The position numbers were made by a program, and so were the translations under genes. Positions 20,088-29,365 of a stretch of 64,000 nt of DNA are shown here, piece after piece. Position 1 is the first letter of the stretch; each line of letters opens with the position of its first letter. The DNA lies in the NCBI GenBank assembly GCA_017406955.1, contig JAFQXM010000007.1, positions 80,729 through 144,728 of the forward strand, written 5' to 3'. The stretch is from Bacilli bacterium (lineage in GTDB: Bacteria; Bacillota_I; Bacilli_A; RF39; UBA660). Below the pieces are notes generated by a model, which saw nothing but the letters and a program-made list of their open reading frames with translations, searched no databases and had not been told where the DNA came from.

Positions 20088-22580
20088 ATGGGTATATTAA
20101 AAAGACTATTAGATCATGAGTATAAAGAATTAAAAAAGTTTAGAAAACTAGCTGATGAAATAGATGCTTTAGACGAAGAATATTCTAAACTTTCAGATAG
20201 TAAATTAAAAGATAAAACAGATGAGTTTAAAGAAAGATTATTAAAAGGAGAAACTCTAGATGATATCTTAGTAGAAGCATTCGCAACTGCTAGAGAAGCT
20301 TCATATAGAGTTATTGGAGAAAAACATTTTTATGTACAAATACTAGGTGGACTTGCTATTCACTATGGTAATATTGCAGAAATGAAAACAGGTGAAGGAA
20401 AAACTTTAACTTGTGTACTTCCAGGTTATTTAAATGCACTAACTGGAGATGGAGTTCATGTAATTACAGTTAATGAATACTTAGCTAGCCGTGATGCTGA
20501 ATGGATGGGTGAAATATATAGATTCTTAGGATTAACAGTAGGAGTTAATACAAGGGACTTATCACCTTCAGAAAAACAAGAAGTATATAACTGTGATATT
20601 CTTTATTCAACTAATAATGAAATAGGATTTGATTACTTAAGAGATAATATGGTTATTAAAAAAGAAGATAGAGTACAAAGACCATTAAATTTTGCTATTA
20701 TCGATGAAGTTGATTCAGTATTAATAGATGAGGCTAGAACTCCATTAATTATATCTGGTGGAGAAATGAATAGTGCTAATCTATATATAGATGCAGATAG
20801 ATTTGCTAAAAGTCTAAAAGAAGAAAAAGACTTTATCTATGATGAAAAAAGTAAAAGTGTATCCCTAAATGAAAGTGGTACAGATAAAGCAGAAAAACAT
20901 TTCCATATAGATAATTTATATGATATAAACAACGCAACACTAGTACACTTTATAAACCAAGCGCTACGTGCAAACTACTCAATGAAAAATGATGTAGACT
21001 ATGTAGTACAAGATGATGAAGTAGTAATAGTAGATCAATTTACTGGACGTTTAATGAAGGGAAGAGCTTTCTCAGATGGACTTCACCAAGCATTAGAAGC
21101 TAAAGAAGGAGTAACTATCAATGAAGAAACTAAGACTCTTGCTACTATAACATTCCAAAACTTATTTAGAATGTATAAAAAACTATCTGGTATGACAGGT
21201 ACTGCTAAAACAGAAGAAGAAGAGTTTAGAAATATCTATAATATGTATGTTATAGAAATACCAACTAATAAAGAAGTAATAAGAATAGATGCACCAGATT
21301 TAGTATATGCAACACAAGAAGCTAAGTATAAAGCTATAATTAACTTCGTAAAAGAATGTTATGAAAAAGGTCAACCTGTTCTTATTGGTACTATAGCTAT
21401 TGAAACAAGTGAATTAATTTCTAAATTATTAAAACAAGCACATATACCACATGAAGTATTAAATGCCAAGAATCATGCTAGAGAAGCGGAAATAATTTCT
21501 AAGATAGGTACAAAAAAATCAGTAACTATCGCAACAAATATGGCTGGACGTGGTACTGATATTAAATTATCAGATGAAATAAGAGATTTAGGTGGATTAT
21601 GTGTAGTTGGTACAGAAAGACACGAATCACGTCGTATAGATAACCAATTACGTGGACGTTCAGGACGTCAAGGAGATCCAGGATATACACAATTCTTTGT
21701 TTCAATGAAAGATGACTTAATGGTAAGATTTGGATCAGATAGAATTGGAACAATGATGGAAAGTATGGGTCTAGGAGACCAAGCTATAAGATCTAAAACA
21801 TTTACTAAATCAATAGGTACAGCTCAAAAAAGAGTTGAAGGAAATAACTTCGATATAAGAAAAAGCTTACTACAATATGATGATGTAATGAATAATCAAA
21901 GAGAAATAATCTATGATAAAAGAAATAAAATATTAGATAATGAATCAATCCATGAAATGATTCTATCTACATTTAGACATCATATAGAAGATGTAGTAAA
22001 TTCACACTTACCACCAGAAGGATATCTAACAGAAGATGATTATAAAGAAATAGTAGAATTCGTAAATGAAAACTTACTACACAAAGATATAAAGAAAAAC
22101 AAAATAGAAAACTTATCACCAGAAGAGGCAATAGATACTATAGTAGAACTAGTAACAAAAGAATATGAAGATAAGATAAAAGATATACCAGAAGAAGTAA
22201 CACAAGAATTTGAAAAAGCAATTACTCTACAAGTAGTTGATAAATATTGGATGGAACATATAAATACAATGTCTCATTTAAGAGAAGGAATCCATTTAAG
22301 AGGTTATGCTCAAGAAGATCCACTAAGAGCATATACTATGGAAGGATTCGATATGTTTGATTCAATGCTTCAAAAGATAGATCAAGACGTATCAGTATTC
22401 TTACTAAAAGCAGAAATAAGACAAAACATAGAAAGAAAAGAAGTTTCTAAAAAGAAAATAACAAACGAAGGTGGCAAAGAACCTGCTAAACAAAAACCTA
22501 AAAGAGTTAAAAAAATAGGTAGAAATGATCCATGTCCATGTGGCTCAGGACGCAAATATAAACAATGTTGTGGTAAATAA
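20088..22580 (+). CDS. secA: Preprotein translocase ATPase SecA
   Basis: 830 aa. DEAD motor. C-terminal SEC-C zinc finger DPCPCGSGRKYKQCCGK. Confidence 0.95.
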   Translation: MGILKRLLDHEYKELKKFRKLADEIDALDEEYSKLSDSKLKDKTDEFKERLLKGETLDDILVEAFATAREASYRVIGEKHFYVQILGGLAIHYGNIAEMKTGEGKTLTCVLPGYLNALTGDGVHVITVNEYLASRDAEWMGEIYRFLGLTVGVNTRDLSPSEKQEVYNCDILYSTNNEIGFDYLRDNMVIKKEDRVQRPLNFAIIDEVDSVLIDEARTPLIISGGEMNSANLYIDADRFAKSLKEEKDFIYDEKSKSVSLNESGTDKAEKHFHIDNLYDINNATLVHFINQALRANYSMKNDVDYVVQDDEVVIVDQFTGRLMKGRAFSDGLHQALEAKEGVTINEETKTLATITFQNLFRMYKKLSGMTGTAKTEEEEFRNIYNMYVIEIPTNKEVIRIDAPDLVYATQEAKYKAIINFVKECYEKGQPVLIGTIAIETSELISKLLKQAHIPHEVLNAKNHAREAEIISKIGTKKSVTIATNMAGRGTDIKLSDEIRDLGGLCVVGTERHESRRIDNQLRGRSGRQGDPGYTQFFVSMKDDLMVRFGSDRIGTMMESMGLGDQAIRSKTFTKSIGTAQKRVEGNNFDIRKSLLQYDDVMNNQREIIYDKRNKILDNESIHEMILSTFRHHIEDVVNSHLPPEGYLTEDDYKEIVEFVNENLLHKDIKKNKIENLSPEEAIDTIVELVTKEYEDKIKDIPEEVTQEFEKAITLQVVDKYWMEHINTMSHLREGIHLRGYAQEDPLRAYTMEGFDMFDSMLQKIDQDVSVFLLKAEIRQNIERKEVSKKKITNEGGKEPAKQKPKRVKKIGRNDPCPCGSGRKYKQCCGK
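22560..22580 (+). repeat. Left copy of the 21-bp direct repeat AAACAATGTTGTGGTAAATAA (the secA 3' end, encoding KQCCGK*). The right copy is at 26329-26349.
   Basis: Exact 21/21 match between 22560-22580 and 26329-26349. A 24-mer match with one mismatch if extended 3 nt upstream. Confidence 0.6.
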
Positions 22581-22585
22581 GCCCG

Positions 22586-22620
22586 CAAACCCGCATAAAA
22601 TAAGGGATTGCGGGTTTTTC
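22586..22620 (+). terminator. Rho-independent terminator after secA
   Basis: AACCCGCA ... TGCGGGTT stem followed by TTTTTC. Confidence 0.5.
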
Positions 22621-22663
22621 TATGATTACAATATTTAGGTAAAAACTGACGTGTTCACTGTCC

Positions 22664-22684
22664 TAGATAAGTTTTAGATAAGTT
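22664..22684 (+). repeat. Tandem decamer TAGATAAGTT-t-TAGATAAGTT
   Basis: Read directly. The same tandem decamer recurs inverted at 22758-22780 and directly at 26178-26199. Confidence 0.7.
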
Positions 22685-22757
22685 ATTAAAATCTCACAAA
22701 CCCTTATAAAATAAGGCTAAAACATATGTTGAGACATTAATTTCAAATTAAATACAA

Positions 22758-22780
22758 AACTTATCTAAAAATTATCTAAA
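22758..22780 (-). repeat. Inverted copy of the tandem decamer (reverse complement TTTAGATAATTTTTAGATAAGTT)
   Basis: Read directly. With 22664-22684 it forms an inverted pair flanking about 73 bp. Confidence 0.65.
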
Positions 22781-22859
22781 TTGTAATTTATTACCTAAAA
22801 GTAGTAATATCAAAATTAATGACAAAGATTTATGGTATAATTTATATAGAAGAAAAGCG

Positions 22860-24776
22860 GTGATATTCTTGGAAAAAAGCAATCTTTTAAAAGATAATAA
22901 AGAACTAATGAAGTATTGGGACTATGAGAAAAATAAAGATTTAAATTTAGATAAGCTAACACTTGGAAGCAGTAAAATTGCATGGTGGAAATGTGATAAA
23001 GGCCATTCGTATGATGCAAAAATAAAAAGGAAAAATTATGAAAAAATAATATGCCCCATTTGTTCTAATCATAGAGTACTAAAAGGATATAATGATTTAG
23101 CGACAACTAATCCTGAATTATTAAAGGAATGGGACTTTACCAAAAATACTATTTCGCCATATGAGATAACAGCTGGTGCGGAAAAAATGATATGGTGGAT
23201 TTGTCCTAAAGAGCATTCATACCAATCATATGCTTTTAACCGTAAAAGAGGAGTTGGATGTCCAATTTGTGATGGTAAGAAAGTATTAATTGGATATAAT
23301 GATTTAGCAACAACAAATCCTAAAATTGTAAAAGAATGGGACTATGAAAAAAATAGAAATCTTAAACCAACTGACATTACAGAAGGAAGCGCTATAAATG
23401 TTTGGTGGAAATGCGATAAAGGCCATTCGTATGATGCAAGAGTGAAAGATAGAAAACGAGGATTAAATTGTCCATTCTGTTCAAATAAAAAAGTATTAGT
23501 CGGTTTTAATGATTTATATACATATTGTATTAATAATCATCTTGAAGAAATAATAGAAGAATTTGATAATGATAAAAACAAATTTTCAATGAAAGACGTT
23601 ACAGCAGGTAGTGATAAAGAAACATGGTGGAAATGTCCAAAGGGGCATTCATACCAGTCTAGTCCATCCAGAAGAGTTATGAGAGGATCTGGCTGTGGGA
23701 TTTGTAGCCATAATATTCTAGTAAAAGGTGTAAATGATTTACTAACCACACACCCTGAAATAGCAAAAGAATGGGATTATAAAAAGAATAAAGTTGGTCC
23801 AGATGAAGTAATGGCCGGAAGCAATATAGATAAATACTGGTTTATTTGTCCAAAAGGCCATAGTTACCATACCACTGTCTTAGGTAGAAAAAGAGGAACT
23901 AACTGTCCACAGTGTAACATAGAAAAGCATACATCAATTCCAGAAAGATCAATTTATTATTACATGAAAAAATATTTTGTTGATGTAGTTGATAGTTATC
24001 ATAGTAAAAAAATCGGAAGAAAAGAAATTGATATATTTTTGCCAGCATTTAACTTTGGGATAGAGTATGATGGTAGAGCTTGGCATAAAAATTATAAAAG
24101 AGATATAGAAAAAGATAACCTTTGTTTAAAAAATGATATTACGTTATTTAGAGTAAGGGAAATAGGTTGCTTCGAATATGATAGTAGTTCAATAAAAAAA
24201 TATATAAATCCATATGATATAAAAGAATTAAATGAAGCAATTAAATCTATTTTTGATTATATAAATAAAAAATATAAACAAAACATTAGTGTAGATATAG
24301 ATATTGAAAGAGATAAAATCAAAATTCTTGAATTAATGAACTTATCCGAAAAAGAAAATTCAATTGCTAAGTATTGTCCAAGTATTAAAAAATATTGGGA
24401 CTCAACTAAAAATGGATTGATTACTCCTGAACAAATTTCACACGGAAGTATGAAAAAAGTATTTCTAAAATGTGAAAAAGGCCATGAGTGGGATAAAATT
24501 GTAAGTAATATTAGAAAAGAAATAAAATGTCCATTTTGTTTTGGAAGAAAAGTACTACCTGGATTTAACGATTTGGCAACTACTCATCCTGAAATATCAA
24601 AAGAATGGAATTATGAAAAGAATGGAGATCTTAAACCAACAGACATTAAAGCAGGAAGTAATAAAAATGTATGGTGGAAGTGTGAAAGAGGTCATGAATG
24701 GCAAGCTGTTATAAATATAAGAACTAACGGATATAGAAAATGTTCAATTTGTTCGAAATCATTGACAGTGAGATAA
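22860..24776 (+). CDS. Multi-repeat zinc-ribbon (zf-trcl-like) protein with a central Vsr/DUF559-like PD-(D/E)xK nuclease-fold domain
   Basis: Seven repeats of about 48 aa, each K(E/Y)WDYEKN...WWKC(D/P)KGH(S/E)Y...R......CP(I/F)C (five N-terminal, two C-terminal). The central domain has FGIEYDGRAWH...ITLFRVRE. GTG start per the track; an alternative ATG (MKYWDYEKN) lies 54 nt downstream. Confidence 0.6.
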   Translation: MIFLEKSNLLKDNKELMKYWDYEKNKDLNLDKLTLGSSKIAWWKCDKGHSYDAKIKRKNYEKIICPICSNHRVLKGYNDLATTNPELLKEWDFTKNTISPYEITAGAEKMIWWICPKEHSYQSYAFNRKRGVGCPICDGKKVLIGYNDLATTNPKIVKEWDYEKNRNLKPTDITEGSAINVWWKCDKGHSYDARVKDRKRGLNCPFCSNKKVLVGFNDLYTYCINNHLEEIIEEFDNDKNKFSMKDVTAGSDKETWWKCPKGHSYQSSPSRRVMRGSGCGICSHNILVKGVNDLLTTHPEIAKEWDYKKNKVGPDEVMAGSNIDKYWFICPKGHSYHTTVLGRKRGTNCPQCNIEKHTSIPERSIYYYMKKYFVDVVDSYHSKKIGRKEIDIFLPAFNFGIEYDGRAWHKNYKRDIEKDNLCLKNDITLFRVREIGCFEYDSSSIKKYINPYDIKELNEAIKSIFDYINKKYKQNISVDIDIERDKIKILELMNLSEKENSIAKYCPSIKKYWDSTKNGLITPEQISHGSMKKVFLKCEKGHEWDKIVSNIRKEIKCPFCFGRKVLPGFNDLATTHPEISKEWNYEKNGDLKPTDIKAGSNKNVWWKCERGHEWQAVINIRTNGYRKCSICSKSLTVR

Positions 24777-24900
24777 ATATCTAAATAAAAGAAAACTAAT
24801 TAACCAATAATGACATTTTATGGAAAAAGTAGTATAATGGAACTATAGAAATTCTATACAATTAAAGTATAGATTTTTTTCTTTTAAGGAGGATTAAACT

Positions 24901-25071
24901 ATGAGTGACACTATTATAGCATCCATTATAACTGGTATTGTTAGCCTTATTGTAGGTTTCATCTCTGGATATAAGTATTGCTTTAAAACAAATATTGTAA
25001 AAAGGCAATTTCAAAAAGCAAGAGATAATGCATCTCAAATTCAAGTGGGTGAACTAAATGGTAAAAAGTAA
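24901..25071 (+). CDS. Small single-TM protein (56 aa; below the ORF-track cutoff)
   Basis: Strong SD (AAGGAGGA) 7 nt upstream. Translation is MSDTIIASIITGIVSLIVGFISGYKYCFKTNIVKRQFQKARDNASQIQVGELNGKK. Overlaps the next gene's start by 14 nt. Confidence 0.4.
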   Translation: MSDTIIASIITGIVSLIVGFISGYKYCFKTNIVKRQFQKARDNASQIQVGELNGKK

Positions 25072-26164
25072 AAAAACGCAAAAAGCTGGGAACAATGTTA
25101 ACCAATATCAAATAGAAACGATTAATGTAAATGTTACCCCTGAAGATGTAAGGGATATGATAAAGAGGGAAAATGAATTGCTATTAGCAAATTCTCGAAT
25201 AGTTGCATTAGAAACAGCACAAAAACGATTAGATAATTATACGGATGTTTTAATTCCAAAACTTGTAAAAGCTGAAGTATTATCAGCGTTTAATGAACCA
25301 GAAATACAAATGTTGTATAAAAAGACAGAGGGTACAGCAATATGTACAGAGAGAAAGGCTGATTACGAAATGTTATCTGAGTTATTAATACATAAAATTA
25401 ATAAAAAGGAAGATTATTTAGTATCAGCATCAATAGAAAAGGCTATATCTGAAGTAAATAATATATCTGTAGATGCATTGATGACTTTAACATTAATTTT
25501 TTCAATTGTTACATATATTCCAGCATCTGGAAAAACAAAAGCCGGGTTAAAAGCATTAGATGATTTATACGCACATTTATTGGAATATTTTGAACTTCCT
25601 GATGATAATGATTGGAAGGATAATCTTGAAATTGTTAATGCTATTAAAACCTTTAATATTGGAAATAGTAAAAAATTAGATGACTATTTTTATGAAAGAT
25701 TTGAAGGCTATTCATCAATGGGATTAAAAATTGGAAGTGAACAATATAATGAAGCTATAAAAAAAATATTGTCTGTTAATTTACCACAGAATATATTAGT
25801 AAAAAATGATATAGATGATGAATATGTTAGAATTGAGATATTACATAAAAGCAATATTGATGATTTATCATTAACTATAAATATTAATGGCGTTTCATAT
25901 ACCAAGCCATTAACTGAAGAACAAAAAAGTGTGTTGAAAGAAATATATGATAATTATGAAGTGAAAAGCAATGATACAAAGGAAAAATTCGTTAGTATAT
26001 TGAATGAATTTGATAATATAAAAAAAATCATAGAATGGTGGAATAAAAATATTGTTAATTATTCCTTTGAAATTACACCTATAGGTAAAGTTTTAGCTTG
26101 CACTAATGCAGTAAGAATCGATAGTAGTTTGCCTAATATTATTATGAAAAATAAGTCTAAATAA
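25058..26164 (+). CDS. Hypothetical protein (368 aa), cargo of the insertion after secA
   Basis: Long ORF with normal codon usage. No recognisable motif. Confidence 0.5.
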   Translation: MVKSKKTQKAGNNVNQYQIETINVNVTPEDVRDMIKRENELLLANSRIVALETAQKRLDNYTDVLIPKLVKAEVLSAFNEPEIQMLYKKTEGTAICTERKADYEMLSELLIHKINKKEDYLVSASIEKAISEVNNISVDALMTLTLIFSIVTYIPASGKTKAGLKALDDLYAHLLEYFELPDDNDWKDNLEIVNAIKTFNIGNSKKLDDYFYERFEGYSSMGLKIGSEQYNEAIKKILSVNLPQNILVKNDIDDEYVRIEILHKSNIDDLSLTININGVSYTKPLTEEQKSVLKEIYDNYEVKSNDTKEKFVSILNEFDNIKKIIEWWNKNIVNYSFEITPIGKVLACTNAVRIDSSLPNIIMKNKSK

Positions 26165-26177
26165 AATTAAATTTTTT

Positions 26178-26199
26178 TAGATAAGTTTTTAGATAAGTT
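26178..26199 (+). repeat. Tandem decamer TAGATAAGTT-tt-TAGATAAGTT
   Basis: Read directly. It is in direct orientation relative to 22664-22684. Confidence 0.7.
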
Positions 26200-26232
26200 C
26201 TGCTAGGTTTGCCGGGTGCTACGGAGTGCTCC

Positions 26233-26349
26233 CAAGTGCAATCAAGTGCCGAATTAACGAGCCAAGTGCTCCCAAAAGCTCCCAAAATCCCCAATACAAA
26301 AGGCCATGTGGCAGTGGTAAAAAGTACAAACAATGTTGTGGTAAATAAA
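26233..26349 (+). pseudogene. Remnant of a SecA C-terminal tail / SEC-C zinc-finger (no start codon; displaced or duplicated 3' end)
   Basis: The frame reads ...EPSAPKSSQNPQYKRPCGSGKKYKQCCGK*. The secA end reads ...EPAKQKPKRVKKIGRNDPCPCGSGRKYKQCCGK*. The last 21 nt are identical to the secA 3' end. Followed by the terminator AGACTATTTATAGTCTTTTTTT. Confidence 0.55.
26329..26349 (+). repeat. Right copy of the secA-tail direct repeat
   Basis: See the left copy. It is embedded in a degenerate SEC-C zinc-finger reading frame. Confidence 0.6.
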
Positions 26350-26400
26350 AGACTATTTATAGTCTTTTTTTGTGCTATAATAAAAATAGGAGGATAAGAT

Positions 26401-27591
26401 ATGATTAAATTTGATTTTGAAACACATGTTGATAGTAATATACTAGAAGAATATAAAGAAGTATTAAATAAAAAAGAAGAAGTATTAGAACAATTTAATA
26501 ATAGTAGAATGATTGGATGGAGTAAGCATATTGGTAAAAATAATTTAGACAAAATAAATAATACAGCTAACTACATAAAAGAAAATTTTGATTGTTTAGT
26601 AGTAGTAGGTGTAGGTGGATCATATCTTGGTAGTTATGCTTTTAGTCAGACATTTAAAAAATATTTTAAACCCCATCCATTTGAAGTCATATATGTTGGA
26701 ACAACACTATCTACTAAGTTTTTAAATGATTTATTAGTAGAATTAGAAGATAAGAATTATTGCGTAAATGTTATTAGTAAAACAGGTAAAACTATGGAAA
26801 CTAATATGATATATAATTTCTTAAAAGAAGATTTATTAAGAAGATATGGATATGAATCAGTAAAAGACCATGTCATTATAACAACATCTGATGATGGTAA
26901 TAATCTAGATAGTGAACCATGTCTTGAAAAATTTGATATTCCAAAAAATATCGCAGGAAGATATTCTTTTCTAACTGCAGCTCATCTTCTACCTTTAGCG
27001 ACTAATTTTGATATATATGACATAGTAGATGGCTATTATGAAGGAGCAAATTTAATAGATGAAGCTTTTAATTATGCAGGAATAAGATATTTGTTATTTA
27101 AACAAGGTAAAATAGTAGAGAATTATTCTATTCACGAAGAACATATGGTAGCGTTTACTGAATGGTTAAAACAATTATTTGCTGAAACTGAAGGTAAAGA
27201 AGGAAAAGGAATTTTACCTATGTCTACACTATATACAAGAGATCTACATTCTTTAGGACAATTTATTCAAGAAGGAAATAAAATATTATTTGAAACTTTT
27301 ATTAGATTTAAAAAGAGTAATATAATAAACTATAAATCTTTAGATATTAATGATATTAATAATAAAGTGCTTGATTCAGTAATAACTGCTCATCATAAAG
27401 GAAATACAAATATATTAGAAATAACAATGGATGAATTAAATGTTAAAGAACTATCTAAATTAATATATTTCTTTATGCTTAGTGCATCTTTTTCAGGATA
27501 TTTATTTGGAGTAAATCCATTTGATCACCCTGGAGTAGATGTTTATAAAGAAGAAGCGAAGAATTTATTAGATGAAGTAATTAATTTTTAA
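26401..27591 (+). CDS. pgi: Glucose-6-phosphate isomerase (short clostridial/archaeal-like type)
   Basis: SIS-domain motif VVGVGGSYLGS. About 400 aa. Confidence 0.75.
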   Translation: MIKFDFETHVDSNILEEYKEVLNKKEEVLEQFNNSRMIGWSKHIGKNNLDKINNTANYIKENFDCLVVVGVGGSYLGSYAFSQTFKKYFKPHPFEVIYVGTTLSTKFLNDLLVELEDKNYCVNVISKTGKTMETNMIYNFLKEDLLRRYGYESVKDHVIITTSDDGNNLDSEPCLEKFDIPKNIAGRYSFLTAAHLLPLATNFDIYDIVDGYYEGANLIDEAFNYAGIRYLLFKQGKIVENYSIHEEHMVAFTEWLKQLFAETEGKEGKGILPMSTLYTRDLHSLGQFIQEGNKILFETFIRFKKSNIINYKSLDINDINNKVLDSVITAHHKGNTNILEITMDELNVKELSKLIYFFMLSASFSGYLFGVNPFDHPGVDVYKEEAKNLLDEVINF

Positions 27592-27617
27592 TATATTAGA
27601 AGTTTGGAGGAGCAATA

Positions 27618-28079
27618 ATGAATAAGTATATGGAAATAGCTAACGAATTAGCAAAAGATAATTTAAATACAAACAATGGAGGCCCTTTTGGAGCGTGCAT
27701 TGTTAAAGATGGAGAAATAATAGGAAAAGGTTCAAATAATGTATTAAAAAATAATGATCCAACTGCTCATGCAGAAGTAATGGCTATTAGAGAAGCGTGT
27801 CATAATATTAATTCATATGATTTAAGCGGTTGTGAATTATATACAAATTGTTTTCCATGTCCAATGTGCTTATCTGCTATAATTTGGGCTAATATTGATA
27901 AAGTATATTATGGCAACACTAAAGAAGATGCTGCTAAAATAGGTTTTAGAGATGAATATATATATGAATTTATTAAAAGTACAGAAAAAAATAATATAGA
28001 GTTAAAATGCATAGACAGAGAAGAAACTATAAAAGCATTTGATAAATTTATAGAAAAAAAAGATAAAGTTATATACTAA
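27618..28079 (+). CDS. CMP/dCMP-type zinc deaminase (TadA / guanine deaminase-like)
   Basis: HAEVMAIREA and PCPMC zinc-ligand motifs. 153 aa. Confidence 0.8.
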   Translation: MNKYMEIANELAKDNLNTNNGGPFGACIVKDGEIIGKGSNNVLKNNDPTAHAEVMAIREACHNINSYDLSGCELYTNCFPCPMCLSAIIWANIDKVYYGNTKEDAAKIGFRDEYIYEFIKSTEKNNIELKCIDREETIKAFDKFIEKKDKVIY

Positions 28080-28486
28080 TATAGACAATATATAAAAGCA
28101 GAACTTAAATCTGTTTTTTTATTTGTTATATAAACAAAAACTACAAGATTATGAACTTTCATATTTTTATGGATTAGTAAATAGACATAGATTCTATAGT
28201 TATGATGCATCTTCATCAGTTAGTAAAACACAAAAATTTGTATATATGAAAAATTTAATGCCAGATAACGAAGAAATATATAAATGGTATATGAAAGGTT
28301 CTACTAACGAAGAAGAAGATAATAATTTAATAGAAGCCTTCAGAATGGCTATGATTAATTATAATTAAAGTGGTTCAGTTAAGATTTAAATAAAGAAAAA
28401 AGTAGAATTTTCTACTTTTTTATTATTAATAGATAATTTGTGTTATAATATTGCTGGAGATTTTGTATATAAAAAGGAGTAATATT

Positions 28487-29329
28487 ATGACAGAATGTAT
28501 AATAGATGGAGTAATAGACACATTAAAACTATTACCATATTTGTTAATAACTTTTATAATAATAGAATATATTGAACATAAACTTAGTAAGAAGAATCAA
28601 AAAGTATTAGTAGAAAATGAAAAATATGGGCCCATATTAGGAGGAATACTAGGAGCTATACCACAATGTGGATTTAGTTCTATGGCTGCTAATTTATTTT
28701 CAGGTAGAGTAATTACTATGGGTACTTTAATTGCTGTATTTTTATCTACTAGTGATGAAATGTTACCTATAATGATTAGTGAACATGCAGATATACTTTT
28801 ATTATTAAAAATAATTGGTTTTAAAATAATAGTAGGTATTATAATAGGTTTTATAATAGATATATTCTATAGAAAAAAACATAATAAAGATAATATAGAT
28901 ATATCACATATATGCGAACATGATCATTGTGATTGTAAGCATAATGGAATAATAAAATCTAGTATCAAACATACAATTAAAATAGGATTATTTATTTTAA
29001 TAGTTAATCTTTTACTTAATATTATTATATTTAAAGTAGGGGAAGATAATTTATCTAATTTATTACTACATAAAAATATATTTACTTATTTTATCGCAAG
29101 TATTATAGGATTAATTCCTAACTGTGCAAGTAGTGTTTTAATAACAGAATTATATTTATCTAAACTAATAACTATTGGTACACTATTATCAGGATTATTA
29201 ACAGGTAGTGGATTAGGTATATTGTTATTATTTAAAACTAATAATAAATTAAAAGAAAACTTAACTATAGTATCTATTATATACTTTGTAGGAGTAATTA
29301 TAGGTATGTTAGTAGATCTATTTATATAG
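28487..29329 (+). CDS. Polytopic membrane protein, putative metal permease (ArsP_2-like 10-TM family)
   Basis: Two homologous halves with GxIP(Q/N)CG/AS motifs (GAIPQCGFS; GLIPNCASS). Cys/His-rich loop HICEHDHCDCKHNG. Start placed at the ATG after the AAGGAGT SD. Confidence 0.45.
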   Translation: MTECIIDGVIDTLKLLPYLLITFIIIEYIEHKLSKKNQKVLVENEKYGPILGGILGAIPQCGFSSMAANLFSGRVITMGTLIAVFLSTSDEMLPIMISEHADILLLLKIIGFKIIVGIIIGFIIDIFYRKKHNKDNIDISHICEHDHCDCKHNGIIKSSIKHTIKIGLFILIVNLLLNIIIFKVGEDNLSNLLLHKNIFTYFIASIIGLIPNCASSVLITELYLSKLITIGTLLSGLLTGSGLGILLLFKTNNKLKENLTIVSIIYFVGVIIGMLVDLFI

Positions 29330-29365
29330 TTTGACAAATATTAAAAAAAGTAATAAAATAAAGAA

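Noticed and set aside
22620-22860. Possible CRISPR array or other regular repeat array in the repeat-rich intergenic region after secA
   Set aside because: There are only three short decamer dimers with irregular spacing, no repeat-spacer periodicity and no cas genes.
26209-26397. Track ORF of 62 aa (MPGATECSQ...)
   Set aside because: It is in the wrong frame relative to the clear SEC-C zinc-finger remnant (..PCGSGKKYKQCCGK*) and it runs through a terminator hairpin. The region is better explained as a displaced secA tail.
28123-28368. 81-aa ORF, possibly a Spo0E-like/IDEAL small regulator
   Set aside because: No convincing motif. The start is uncertain. Left unannotated.
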